A stretch of 63,249 bases of DNA, the filler included, from Octopus bimaculoides (lineage: Eukaryota): the NCBI RefSeq assembly GCF_001194135.2. It is 5 parts of 5 records of this genome, joined end to end, with 100 filler letters (N's around TTAATTAATTAA, not from the genome) between each part and the next. Parts side by side here need not be neighbours in the genome. Positions count along the whole stretch, not along the records: positions 31,845 to 44,040 come from NC_068982.1; positions 44,141 to 59,600 come from NC_068984.1; 3 more parts are not named here. One strand, 5' to 3'. Numbering within the stretch: the stretch's first letter is position 1; each line of letters starts with the position of its first letter. The translations under genes and the position numbers were made by a program. The notes beneath the pieces are model-generated. The model did no database searches, was not told the origin of the DNA, and was given only the letters and a program-made list of their open reading frames with translations. This document shows, in pieces, positions 37,707 through 50,411 of the stretch.

Positions 37707-38350
37707 AAATTTGATGGACAAATACACGTAAGATAAATACCCAGAAGCATATGGTTCTACATATAAATGTGAAGATACACATTGTTTAACGAAATCATGA
37801 CGATCCCCTGTTGGCAGCCGCTGACGGAATTTCTCACAGCTTTGGCAGTATTTAGATAAATTGATTACTTGCCAGGGAAGAATCGTTGGCAGTTTGGAAA
37901 GACAAGGTAATAATGAGAAGGTTAACGTGGCGTCTCAGAAAGGCTAGAGGTCAACGTGAAAAGAAACAAGTTAATTTAGGATGAAAAACGGGAAATGTGA
38001 GGATAGTTTGCAGGTTATGTCATTAGGAAACAAGGCTATCAGATCGAATTAGATAACAGCTTATGACTTACAAGCTTACAGCTGTGGAAGGAAGTTTATG
38101 AGTATCTACTTTACAACTCTAAAAGGAAAATACCATAAACAACTAATAAAATATTTTCGCTCTTTTATCAGGTCTCATACATATTCTATTAACGATTTAC
38201 CACCATCTACAGAGTCTTTTATAAAACATGACAGTTATAGAGAGACAAGAAAAATCGTTATCAAGTCTGTGATAAGTAGAACGAAGTGTCCAGAACGTCT
38301 CGTTCTGCTGTTACAGTGTGAAATATGGAGAAAGGATTCAGAAGTACATG
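37707..38350 (+). repeat. About 640 bp direct duplication, copy 1
   Basis: Near-identical to 41364-41994 apart from a few substitutions and short indels. Confidence 0.95.
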
Positions 38351-38870
38351 GACACACGTATATGCAAAGAAATGTAATCTTCCGTATATGCTATGGTTTA
38401 AAGGAGATAGTTGTTGTCAGTTTTGTTGCAGAAATATCACGTTTTCAAAGACTTACTTTCAAAGGAATAGAAAAATTAACCCAAAACTAACGGAAAGAAA
38501 ATGCACTTTGATTTACGATAACAGGACATACTTCATTACAGTTTTATTCAATTTTCTGTTCGAAAAATACTTACTGGAATTGTATTTTAATATCGAAAAC
38601 GAACATTAGTCGAATAAATGTGAAGTTAAAAGGCGTTCTTCTATGTTTACTTTACTTGTAAATTTAAGTCCGCTTTATAAATCTTTGAATATAAACTAAA
38701 TTATTTACAGCAGAATTAGAGATTTTCAATTTAACATCTTGGTTGTCATTTCCACCTGTTGTATGCAAAATTTATAACTGGGATAATTACTCTTCAAAAG
38801 CGTATGTGTGGTGTGAGCGCGCGTGTATGCGTGCGAGTGCGTGCGTGTGTGAATGTGTGTGTATACATGG

Positions 38871-38905
<35 letters not shown>

Positions 38906-38907
38906 TG

Positions 38908-38947
<40 letters not shown>

Positions 38948-38966
38948 ATACAGAGAGGGAGAGAGA

Positions 38967-38999
<33 letters not shown>

Positions 39000-39780
39000 N
39001 NNNNNNNNNNNNNNNNNNNNNNNNNNNNNNNNNNNNNNNNNNNNNNNNNNNNNNNNNNNNNNNNNNNNNNNNNNNNNNNNNNNNNNNNNNNNNNNNNNNN
39101 NNNNNNNNNNNNNNNNNNNNNNNNNNNNNNNNNNNNNNNNNNNNNNNNNNNNNNNNNNNNNNNNNNNNNNNNNNNNNNNNNNNNNNNNNNNNNNNNNNNN
39201 NNNNNNNNNNNNNNNNNNNNNNNNNNNNNNNNNNNNNNNNNNNNNNNNNNNNNNNNNNNNNNNNNNNNNNNNNNNNNNNNNNNNNNNNNNNNNNNNNNNN
39301 NNNNNNNNNNNNNNNNNNNNNNNNNNNNNNNNNNNNNNNNNNNNNNNNNNNNNNNNNNNNNNNNNNNNNNNNNNNNNNNNNNNNNNNNNNNNNNNNNNNN
39401 NNNNNNNNNNNNNNNNNNNNNNNNNNNNNNNNNNNNNNNNNNNNNNNNNNNNNNNNNNNNNNNNNNNNNNNNNNNNNNNNNNNNNTATATATATATATAT
39501 ATATTTAAGAAATAATTAATAGCGACAAAAGCAGTATTAATACCAAAAGGTATTATTTATCCCCACTTAAACGTGGCTGTTGAGTCAAAAGACAGAGTAT
39601 TATGCATCTTACCGTGAGAAAACCTATCAGATGGGCTTTTGTTGCATATAAGCAATCGTGTTTATATAGCTTTTCGTTTATACACAGATACTAACATACA
39701 TACTTTTATACATACTTACAATACCGAAGTGAAAAGTTTAAATAAAAATCTTTCATGACTTTCAAGAAACAAAAGAAGCT

Positions 39781-39815
39781 GTTTTAACGTTTTGGCTGTT
39801 AGTCATTCATCAGAA
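39781..39815 (-). ncRNA. Degenerate minimal hammerhead-like motif
   Basis: Minus strand CTGATGA atgac taaca gcc AAAAC GTTA; G12 appears mutated to A and stem II has one mismatch. Confidence 0.3.
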
Positions 39816-40934
39816 GAAAGCATAGACGAAGTGAGAAAAAGGAAAAAGAGGTTGAGAAGACTGAAGTGACTTCCTATTGTGGAATTTAGAAGGAAAGTAT
39901 AGCAAAGGTTTGCGCACGTATAGGTGCGTTACTCTCTTTGGGGACAGAATAAGGTTTGGAGTAGTGTGTGTGATAATTTGAGGTGTATATGAGTTTGTTG
40001 AGTTGTGCAAGTACGGAAGTATGGTGGTGTGTGGGTGTGTGGGTGTTTGTGTGTGTATGTGTGTGTATGTGTGTGTAATCATATTGGTTTAATGTGTGAC
40101 AAAATGGTGGAAGTGGGAAGTTGGGAGCAGGTGTGAGAGTGTAAGGGAAAAGATAAAGTCAGAGAAATCTTGGGGGTGTGACAGATGTGTGGAAGGGTAT
40201 GGATGTAAAAGGCAGTTGCATGGAAAGAAGGAAAGAAAACAAGAACAAAGAAATCGAATGAGCGAAATGTGTTGGGAGCTCAATGGGAGAAGAGAAGTGA
40301 GAGAAGAATAAGATGAAGATTAGAGAATGAATAACTGCAATATACCAATGGAATGAAAACAGAATTTTTTCTTCTATAAGAGAAAGTAAAATAAGTGAGG
40401 CACGTGGAAAGGCGAGAAGAAAGTGACAGAGGTGAGAGCACGTATTAGAGTGTAAAGTGTATTAACGTAAGGAAGAAATAAAGAACAAAATGTAAATAAC
40501 AATGAAGAGAAATGAAAAAGAGGAAACCTGAAAGTTCCGAGAAATGAATAGCGATATAACACTGATAAAAAATATTTTCAAAATATTTTTTTCCCCTGAA
40601 TTGAACAAACATTTCCGAAACGTGGGATTTCGCCTCTACTAAAGGCATACCAACTTATCAGATAACACGAATTTGATTTTATACTCTTTAATTACACAAA
40701 CATAAAGATTGACAATCTTCAAATTTAATAGACGACCAGAGATATGAGTAAACACATTCGTAATCAAATATCCATACAAAGGAACACATTGATGCCGGAG
40801 CTGATACACACGTACGTGATACACACAGAGCTGATACACAGGTACGTTTATATACATCAAGCAACACGTACGTTTGTATACATAATCTGCTCAAATGTGC
40901 ATTCATATGCAAATACACTAACACGTATACGTGT

Positions 40935-41250
40935 CTTCCTCAACAATGTAGTCTTTTCTTCAGCCCCACTATGCGGCACTTGGGGTAAGTGCTGCATAGT
41001 GGGGCTGACCAAAGGCATATGAGTGGATTTGGTTGGCAGAAATAAAAGAAGCCCATTGTGCATACATGTATAAACATATGTGTGCATCTTTGTGATTTTG
41101 TTTGTCCGCAACACCGCTGGACAACTGGTGTTGGTTTGTTTTCTTCTCCGTTACGCAGCGGTTTGGCAAAAGAGACGAATAACATAAGAAAGAAGCTTAA
41201 AAATAAAATAAACACTAGGGTCAATTAAGTCCAATGATTGAAACAATAAT
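40935..41250 (+). mobile_element. SINE family A, diverged, with an internal 19-bp hairpin
   Basis: gaccaaaggcatatgagtggatttgg...gcggtttggcaaaagagacg. Confidence 0.7.
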
Positions 41251-41363
41251 AAACACACACACACGCACAGGTACGCAAGCACAAGCACACACACACGAAT
41301 ATGCAATTTCTTCCGTTCACTTATAAGAAAATATTCATTTCTGAAAAGACATGAACATAGTGC

Positions 41364-41994
41364 AAATTTGATGGACAAATACACGTAAGATAAATACCCA
41401 GAAGCATATGGTTCTACATATAAATGTGAAGATACACATTGTTTAACGAAATCATGACGATCCCCTGTTGACAGCTGCTGACGGAATTTCTCACAGCTTT
41501 GGCAGTATTTAGATAAATTGATTACTTGCCAGGGAAGAATCGTTGGCAGTTTGGAAAGACAAGGTAATAATGAGAAGGTTAACGTGGCGTCTCAGAAAGG
41601 CTAGAGGTCAACGTGAAAAGAAACAAGTTAATTTAGGATGAAAAACGGGAAATGTGAGGATAGTTTGCAGGTTATGTCATTAGGAAACAAGGCTATCAGA
41701 TCGAATTAGATAACAGCTTATGACTTACAAGCTTACAGCTGTGGAAGGAAGTTTATGAGTATCTACTTTACAACTCTAAAAGGAAAATACCATAAACAAC
41801 TAATAAAATATTTTCGCTCTTTTATCAGGTCTCATACATATTCTATTAACGATTTACCACCATCTACAGTCTTTCATAAAACATGACAGTTATAGAGAGA
41901 CAAGAAAAATAGTCTGTGATAAGTAGAATATGTCCAGAACGTCTCGTTCTGCTGTTACAGTGTGAAATATGAAGAGAGGATTCAGAAGTACATG
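41364..41994 (+). repeat. About 630 bp direct duplication, copy 2
   Basis: See 37707-38350. Confidence 0.95.
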
Positions 41995-42129
41995 ACTGTT
42001 GGTCAGATGATTTATGCATTCTGCATTCCTAAATAGGATAATGCCTCTGCACTTTAGCGTTTCCGACCAATGTCATTCTTTAACGTAGAATATATATATG
42101 TATATATATATATATATATATATGCACAC

Positions 42130-42340
42130 ATACTCTTTCTTTACTTTTTTCATGTTTCAGTCATTTGACAGTGGTCATGTTGTAGCACCGACTTTAGTCG
42201 AACAAATCGACTTCAGGACTTATCCTTTATCAGCCAAGTACTTATTCTATATGTCTCTTTTGCCGACCGAACCGCTAAGTTACGGGGACGTAAAGACACC
42301 AACATCGCTTGTCAAGCGATAAGGGCTTTCAAACACAGAC
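42130..42340 (-). mobile_element. SINE family A 3' half
   Basis: tttcagtcatttgac...gaaccgctaagttacggggacgtaaagacacc. Confidence 0.75.
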
Positions 42341-42358
42341 ACACAAATACATTCACAC

Positions 42359-42393
<35 letters not shown>

Positions 42394-43372
42394 TNNNNNN
42401 NNNNNNNNNNNNNNNNNNNNNNNNNNNNNNNNNNNNNNNNNNNNNNNNNNNNNNNNNNNNNNNNNNNNNNNNNNNNNNNNNNNNNNNNNNNNNNNNNNNN
42501 NNNNNNNNNNNNNNNNNNNNNNNNNNNNNNNNNNNNNNNNNNNNNNNNNNNNNNNNNNNNNNNNNNNNNNNNNNNNNNNNNNNNNNNNNNNNNNNNNNNN
42601 NNNNNNNNNNNNNNNNNNNNNNNNNNNNNNNNNNNNNNNNNNNNNNNNNNNNNNNNNNNNNNNNNNNNNNNNNNNNNNNNNNNNNNNNNNNNNNNNNNNN
42701 NNNNNNNNNNNNNNNNNNNNNNNNNNNNNNNNNNNNNNNNNNNNNNNNNNNNNNNNNNNNNNNNNNNNNNNNNNNNNNNNNNNNNNNNNNNNNNNNNNNN
42801 NNNNNNNNNNNNNNNNNNNNNNNNNNNNNNNNNNNNNNNNNNNNNNNNNNNNNNNNNNNNNNNNNNNNNNNNNNNNNNNNNNNNNNNNNNNNNNNNNNNN
42901 NNNNNNNNNNNNNNNNNNNNNNNNNNNNNNNNNNNNNNNNNNNNNNNNNNNNNNNNNNNNNNNNNNNNNNNNNNNNNNNNNNNNNNNNNNNNNNNNNNNN
43001 NNNNNNNNNNNNNNNNNNNNNNNNNNNNNNNNNNNNNNNNNNNNNNNNNNNNNNNNNNNNNNNNNNNNNNNNNNNNNNNNNNNNNNNNNNNNNNNNNNNN
43101 NNNNNNNNNNNNNNNNNNNNNNNNNNNNNNNNNNNNNNNNNNNNNNNNNNNNNNNNNNNNNNNNNNNNNNNNNNNNNNNNNNNNNNNNNNNNNNNNNNNN
43201 NNNNNNNNNNNNNNNNNNNNNNNNNNNNNNNNNNNNNNNNNNNNNNNNNNNNNNNNNNNNNNNNNNNNNNNNNNNNNNNNNNNNNNNNNNNNNNNNNNNN
43301 NNNNNNNNNNNNNNNNNNNNNNNNNNNNNNNNNNNNNNNNNNNNNNNNNNNNNNNNNNNNNNNNNNNNNNNN

Positions 43373-43414
<42 letters not shown>

Positions 43415-43589
43415 CATATCATAACATATGATTGCCAACCAAGTGTGGCGTCCCACGAAGACATCTCTTCCAGCTGGGTAACGACATACATTCTGTATTT
43501 GCAAGGGAGGGTCGTATATGTATGTATACGTTTGTGTGTCTGTGTTTCTCCCCACCTTCATCGCTTAACAACCGATGTTGGAGTGTTCC

Positions 43590-44040
43590 AGAAAATTATA
43601 AACAACATGCTGTACTGCTTCGCGTTCACACCGGAAGCTCCAATACGAACATTTTAGTGTTTGGGGGTCAATCTCAGGACAGTGCAATCTGAGGATATGT
43701 ACCGAGAATTATAAAAACTAGCATCCTCTCAACATCATGGTGTTTGTAGTGATCACATGTGATGGCGACGTTATGCCGCCATTCAACTTCCCTCACGGCC
43801 TCAGACTAAACACGGAGGCCTACTTCAAGTGCCTGGAGGAAGTAGTGCTGCCCTGGTTTAAGAGGTTTACAGCTGGAAGACTCTATGTCTGGCAGCAGGA
43901 CTCTGCAGCATGCCACACAAGCAGGAGAACCCAGTCATGGCTATGAGACAATTTCTGCGACCACATCATCGCTATCATCTGGCCACCTAACTCCTCAGAC
44001 TGCAACCCCCTTGATTATTATGTGTGGGGAGCAGTTGAGC
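43590..44040 (+). mobile_element. maT (DD37D) transposase remnant
   Basis: VWQQDSAACH...IWPPNSSDCNPLDYYVWGAVE; 37 residues between the second and third Asp (one is a stop); same internal deletion layout as 13467-14312. Confidence 0.85.
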
Positions 44041-44140
44041 NNNNNNNNNNNNNNNNNNNNNNNNNNNNNNNNNNNNNNNNNNNNTTAATTAATTAANNNN
44101 NNNNNNNNNNNNNNNNNNNNNNNNNNNNNNNNNNNNNNNN
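44041..44140. other. Artificial scaffold linker N44-TTAATTAATTAA-N44
   Basis: Same construct. Confidence 0.95.
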
Positions 44141-44175
<35 letters not shown>

Positions 44176-44766
44176 CCTTCGTCTCTCTTCCATGCGTTTC
44201 TGACTCTTTCACCGGCCAAATATGTCTCTGTACTTTTCCCTCTCAAAATATATCTCTCTATTCTACCGTTTATGTAAATACCGTTCTTATACACACACAC
44301 ACACATAGGTGTATGTGTGTGTGTTTGTTCATACATTCATAAGTATATAAGCGCGAGCGTTAGCATGTATAATAGGTGCGATGATGACAACTTGATAAAC
44401 CGATGCCTGAAAGACAGGAAGGACTTTTACAGAGCCGAGCAGAACAGAGAGGGGAGGAGGGAAGGAAGGGGTGGGGGGCATGGAGATGGATTAATAAATT
44501 ATAAACGCAAGCATTGCAGTCATTATTCATTGTTTAGTGAGGCACAAGGTCAGACATAAGAAGCTCTGCATGAAGTCGGTGAGGCTTCCGTACTTTCTTT
44601 ACGGCATTAACGGAGGTGTAAGAAAACAAGTCATTTCATTCAATCCAGTATCGAACCAAGAATTTTGATACATCTGTTGCGGGCAGTTACAAGTACGTTA
44701 TAAGAGGTGAGGCCGAAAGACAGACATTATCATTACTACACACACACACACACACACACATATCTA

Positions 44767-44801
<35 letters not shown>

Positions 44802-45485
44802 NNNNNNNNNNNNNNNNNNNNNNNNNNNNNNNNNNNNNNNNNNNNNNNNNNNNNNNNNNNNNNNNNNNNNNNNNNNNNNNNNNNNNNNNNNNNNNNNNNN
44901 NNNNNNNNNNNNNNNNNNNNNNNNNNNNNNNNNNNNNNNNNNNNNNNNNNNNNNNNNNNNNNNNNNNNNNNNNNNNNNNNNNNNNNNNNNNNNNNNNNNN
45001 NNNNNNNNNNNNNNNNNNNNNNNNNNNNNNNNNNNNNNNNNNNNNNNNNNNNNNNNNNNNNNNNNNNNNNNNNNNNNNNNNNNNNNNNNNNNNNNNNNNN
45101 NNNNNNNNNNNNNNNNNNNNNNNNNNNNNNNNNNNNNNNNNNNNNNNNNNNNNNNNNNNNNNNNNNNNNNNNNNNNNNNNNNNNNNNNNNNNNNNNNNNN
45201 NNNNNNNNNNNNNNNNNNNNNNNNNNNNNNNNNNNNNNNNNNNNNNNNNNNNNNNNNNNNNNNNNNNNNNNNNNNNNNNNNNNNNNNNNNNNNNNNNNNN
45301 NNNNNNNNNNNNNNNNNNNNNNNNNNNNNNNNNNNNNNNNNNNNNNNNNNNNNNNNNNNNNNNNNNNNNNNNNNNNNNNNNNNNNNNNNNNNNNNNNNNN
45401 NNNNNNNNNNNNNNNNNNNNNNNNNNNNNNNNNNNNNNNNNNNNNNNNNNNNNNNNNNNNNNNNNNNNNNNNNNNNNNNNNNNNN

Positions 45486-45795
45486 GGGCAAGTGTCTTCT
45501 ACTATAGCCTCGGGCCGACCAAAGCCTTGTGAGTGGATTTGGTAGACAGAAACTGAAAGAAGCCCGTCGTATATATATATATGTGTATATGTTTGTGTCT
45601 GTGTTTGTCCCCCAACATCGCTTGACAACCGATGCTGGTGTGTTTACGTCCCCGTAACTTAGCGGTTCGGCATAAGAGACCGATAGAATAAGTACTAGGC
45701 ATCCAAAGAATAAGTCCTGGGGTCGATTTGCTCGACTAAAGGCGGTGCTCCAGCATGGCCGCAGTCAAATGACTGAAACAAGTAAAAGAGTAAAA
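45486..45795 (+). mobile_element. SINE family A (5' end in gap), little decayed
   Basis: gggcaagtgtcttctactatagcctcgggccgacc...gcagtcaaatgactgaaacaagtaaaagagt. Confidence 0.9.
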
Positions 45796-46070
45796 GAGTA
45801 TATATGCAGCAATGTGTGGGTGGGTGTTTTTGAGTCTGTGTTTGTCCTTCACCAATATTTAACAACTTATAGAAGAAGTACTGGGACTGATTTCTTCGAC
45901 CAAAATTCTTCATGACTGCATTCTAATAACTGAAACAAGTATACATACATACATATATATATAACGTAAAATGCCTGAGTATTCCACAGGCACACGTACC
46001 CTAATGATGTATATATATAAATATATATGTATAAATATAGCTGATAGATTATTATATTACATAAGCACAC

Positions 46071-46114
<44 letters not shown>

Positions 46115-46128
46115 CGCGCGCGCGCACG

Positions 46129-46183
<55 letters not shown>

Positions 46184-47029
46184 NNNNNNNNNNNNNNNNN
46201 NNNNNNNNNNNNNNNNNNNNNNNNNNNNNNNNNNNNNNNNNNNNNNNNNNNNNNNNNNNNNNNNNNNNNNNNNNNNNNNNNNNNNNNNNNNNNNNNNNNN
46301 NNNNNNNNNNNNNNNNNNNNNNNNNNNNNNNNNNNNNNNNNNNNNNNNNNNNNNNNNNNNNNNNNNNNNNNNNNNNNNNNNNNNNNNNNNNNNNNNNNNN
46401 NNNNNNNNNNNNNNNNNNNNNNNNNNNNNNNNNNNNNNNNNNNNNNNNNNNNNNNNNNNNNNNNNNNNNNNNNNNNNNNNNNNNNNNNNNNNNNNNNNNN
46501 NNNNNNNNNNNNNNNNNNNNNNNNNNNNNNNNNNNNNNNNNNNNNNNNNNNNNNNNNNNNNNNNNNNNNNNNNNNNNNNNNNNNNNNNNNNNNNNNNNNN
46601 NNNNNNNNNNNNNNNNNNNNNNNNNNNNNNNNNNNNNNNNNNNNNNNNNNNNNNNNNNNNNNNNNNNNNNNNNNNNNNNNNNNNNNNNNNNNNNNNNNNN
46701 NNNNNNNNNNNNNNNNNNNNNNNNNNNNNNNNNNNNNNNNNNNNNNNNNNNNNNNNNNNNNNNNNNNNNNNNNNNNNNNNNNNNNNNNNNNNNNNNNNNN
46801 NNNNNNNNNNNNNNNNNNNNNNNNNNNNNNNNNNNNNNNNNNNNNNNNNNNNNNNNNNNNNNNNNNNNNNNNNNNNNNNNNNNNNNNNNNNNNNNNNNNN
46901 NNNNNNNNNNNNNNNNNNNNNNNNNNNNNNNNNNNNNNNNNNNNNNNNNNNNNNNNNNNNNNNNNNNNNNNNNNNNNNNNNNNNNNNNNNNNNNNNNNNN
47001 NNNNNNNNNNACAAACAAGAACAGACGAA

Positions 47030-47205
47030 CGGATTAAGTCGATTACATCGACCCCAGTGCGTAACTGGTACTTAATTTATCGACCCCGAAAGGATGAAAG
47101 GCAAAGTCGACCTCCGTGGAATTTGAACTCAGAACGTAGCTGCAGACGAAATACTGCTCAGCATTTCGCCCGGCGTGCTAACGTTTCTGCCAGCTCGCCG
47201 CCTTT
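47030..47205 (-). mobile_element. SINE family B
   Basis: Reverse complement of the 48569 copy. Confidence 0.85.
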
Positions 47206-47288
47206 ACCCTGTTAATAAGGGGTCCTTGTCGCTGTTGCCAGACAATATTCAATAGGTTGTGTTGTTGTTCTGCTTTTTTTTTTTTCTC

Positions 47289-47580
47289 AAGGGGCGTGGC
47301 TTAGCGGTTAGGGTATTCAGCTCATGGTCCTGAGATTCTGGGTTCGATTCCCGACGACGCATTGTGTCCTTGAGCAAGACACTTTATTTCACTTCGCTTC
47401 AGTCCACTCAGCTTGTAAAAACGAGTTGTACCTGTAATTCAAAAGAGCCAGCCATGTCACATTCTGTGAACTACGTTTAGGGTACGTGTGTCTGTGGAAT
47501 ACTCAGGCACTTTTGCGTTGATTTCACGAGCAGGCTGTTCCGTTGATTGGATCGACTGGAATGCTCGTCCGTCGTATCGG
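47289..47580 (+). mobile_element. tRNA-headed SINE (family D)
   Basis: gtggcttagcggttaggg...gggttcgattccc...tgtgtccttgagcaagacac. Confidence 0.8.
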
Positions 47581-47953
47581 TTTATTCATCTTACAATTGT
47601 TGCCGTTAAGTTCAGGTTGTTGTAACCTCTCATTTGCATCGGCCGCCTGCCTGCGGAGGTAAACTACAGCTAAAGTTAAAAGTCATTGCTAAGAACGGCA
47701 CACAAGTTCATCCAAAAGGCACCATATTCAGCAAGAAGAGATTATAAGAATTGTTTCAATTTTTGGCGCAAGACCAGCTTCTTTTAGGAGGTGGGGGTCA
47801 GTCGATACTATGAATCCCAGTATTTAACAGGTAATTTATTTTATCGACCCTGAAAGGATGAAAGCAAAGTTGACTTTGTCATTCCAGTAAAGAAACGCAA
47901 GAAATACACCAGATAACGTTTTCCGACGCTCTAACGATTCCACCAGCTCATTG

Positions 47954-47989
<36 letters not shown>

Positions 47990-47992
<3 letters not shown>

Positions 47993-48158
47993 TAGTTTTA
48001 TTTTTATAACGTACTTTCACTTCACTACCGAGCGCAGCTCTGTGCACCTTGGGTATGTGCTGTGGTTTGCTGTGGTGCTCTTATGTTTACTGTATTGAAA
48101 GTGTTTTGCGTAGAATGTGTGCACTACCCAGTAGTGCAATTTTCTGTATGTTATATAT

Positions 48159-48165
<7 letters not shown>
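47990..48165 (-). mobile_element. R4/Dong-like LINE extreme 3' end, flanked on both sides by (TTA)n
   Basis: Minus strand NIQKIALLGSAHILRKTLSIQ* plus the same 3' UTR as 29080-29184. Confidence 0.85.
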
Positions 48166-48200
<35 letters not shown>

Positions 48201-48512
48201 NNNNNNNNNNNNNNNNNNNNNNNNNNNNNNNNNNNNNNNNNNNNNNNNNNNNNNNNNNNNNNNNNNNNNNNNNNNNNNNNNNNNNNNNNNNNNNNNNNNN
48301 NNNNNNNNNNNNNNNNNNNNNNNNNNNNNNNNNNNNNNNNNNNNNNNNNNNNNNNNNNNNNNNNNNNNNNNNNNNNNNNNNNNNNNNNNNNNNNNNNNNN
48401 NNNNNNNNNNNNNNNNNNNNNNNNNNNNNNNNNNNNNNNNNNNNNNNNNNNNNNNNNNNNNNNNNNNNNNNNNNNNNNNNNNNNNNNNNNNNNNNNNNNN
48501 NNNNNNNNNNNN

Positions 48513-48568
<56 letters not shown>

Positions 48569-48785
48569 GAAGGCGGTGAGCTGGCAGAATCGTTAGCACG
48601 CCGCGCGAAATGCTTAGCGGTATTTCGCCTGTCTGCTAGTTCTGAGCTCAAATTCCACCGAGGTCGACTTTGCCTTTCATCCTTTCTGGGGTCGATAAAA
48701 TAAGTACCAGCTGAACACTGGGGTCGATGTAAGCGACTCATCTCCGCTCCCCCAAAATTGCTGCTCTTGCGGCAAATTTGAAATA
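48569..48785 (+). mobile_element. SINE family B, full length
   Basis: gaaggcggtgagctggcagaatcgttagcacgccgcgcgaaatgcttagcgg...ggggtcgatgtaagcgac. Confidence 0.9.
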
Positions 48786-49409
48786 TGATGATGATGATGA
48801 TGATGATGAAGAAGATGACGGTGATTATTATTATTACTATTGTTATGATGATGATGGTGATGGTATGGATGATGATGGTGATGATGATAACGATTCCACT
48901 AGCACAAGCAAACGCTCCTACCCACTGAGGCAAACCAAAGCTCGAATTGCTTAAATGGTGTTTCTTTCTTTCATGGACCCCTATTCGTTGGAATGCAAAA
49001 CTCACCAAGGCGGGATTTGAACTCTAAAGGCAGAGATGTATTTTCAAAGAATACTTTCAAACATTTATTTCGTTGCATTCCTCTGGGGGCTTGAGTTCGT
49101 GCCCATGTAAGGACTGGCTATGAAACACATTTGCAAAAGAGTGTGCAGGGGGGGGGGTATGACACTCGGTTGAATATTCCCATGTCTGGCTCTGACTGAA
49201 AGCAGATGTGTAAAAGACATAGTGAAGCACAGTGGGACAAACTTCATAAAAGGCATTTGGCCCGATGTCCTGCCATTTGTATAGGAAAAAGAAATCTGTA
49301 CCCAGGGGTGTTGGTAATGGCTGTGACGACAGTGGTAATGACTGGGGCGGTAGTGCTGTTGATGATGGTGGTGGTGGTGGTAACGATGACAGTGATGGTG
49401 ATGGGAATA

Positions 49410-49451
<42 letters not shown>

Positions 49452-50293
49452 TCGTTGTTGTTGGTCATGTCGGGAGGAGGGACGAGGTACAGTTGAACAT
49501 GTCAACCCCAGTGCAAACATGGAACTTTATTTTATCGACTCAGCCTCACCTAACACACACGCACACGCACGCACACACACACACATACACCCACACACTA
49601 GTCGGAATGACGAAAGTGAAAGTGGACTAGGGCGAGATTCGAGCTTAGGACATTAGTATAGTGAGGTAACACAACGCTATACAGCTTGCTATGCTGACCG
49701 ATGCTCAACCGATTCGGCCAAATCAATTTCTAACGTAGTTACAAAGGCGAGACATTTTGAAAGGAAGGATCCATTAGGCTGAGGTACACGTCAGTATATT
49801 ACTCGTATTTCTTTTATACAGACCCCGGAGGGGTATAAATGACAAACTTCCTCTCGGCTGGATTTGTTATTGAATTCAAGTAGTAGTAGTAGTAGTAGTA
49901 GAATCGGTTGGTGTTGTTTAACCCTCGCTCAGCCCTGATCAGACACGCTTGTGGTGTGACCAAAGCAGTTGCATCCGTAATCACGCCTTTACTGTGCACA
50001 TCTAAGACTACACTGTGCAATGTATCTATCCTTCCTTTTTATAAGCGGTGGAGTGTCAATTAGGCGAGATTTTGCTATTATTTCTAGAAAATCAATTGTG
50101 CATGTGTGTATACGTGTGTAGAGTATGTCCGTGTGCATTGAGTATGTGTGAGAGTCCATCACTCACACACACACACACAACTTTGTATAATATACCGATA
50201 TATATAATATATGTGTGTATGTGTCTGTCAGTGTGTGCATAACGAGTTAGATAGACAGATAGGTTTATGTGTGCCAACCTAATATATACATAT

Positions 50294-50334
<41 letters not shown>

Positions 50335-50347
50335 AATATATATATAT

Positions 50348-50411
<64 letters not shown>

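Noticed and set aside
37707-41994. LTR retrotransposon bounded by the 640-bp direct repeats
   Set aside because: No TG...CA termini, no evident PBS, PPT or target duplication, and no gag/pol remnant between the copies.
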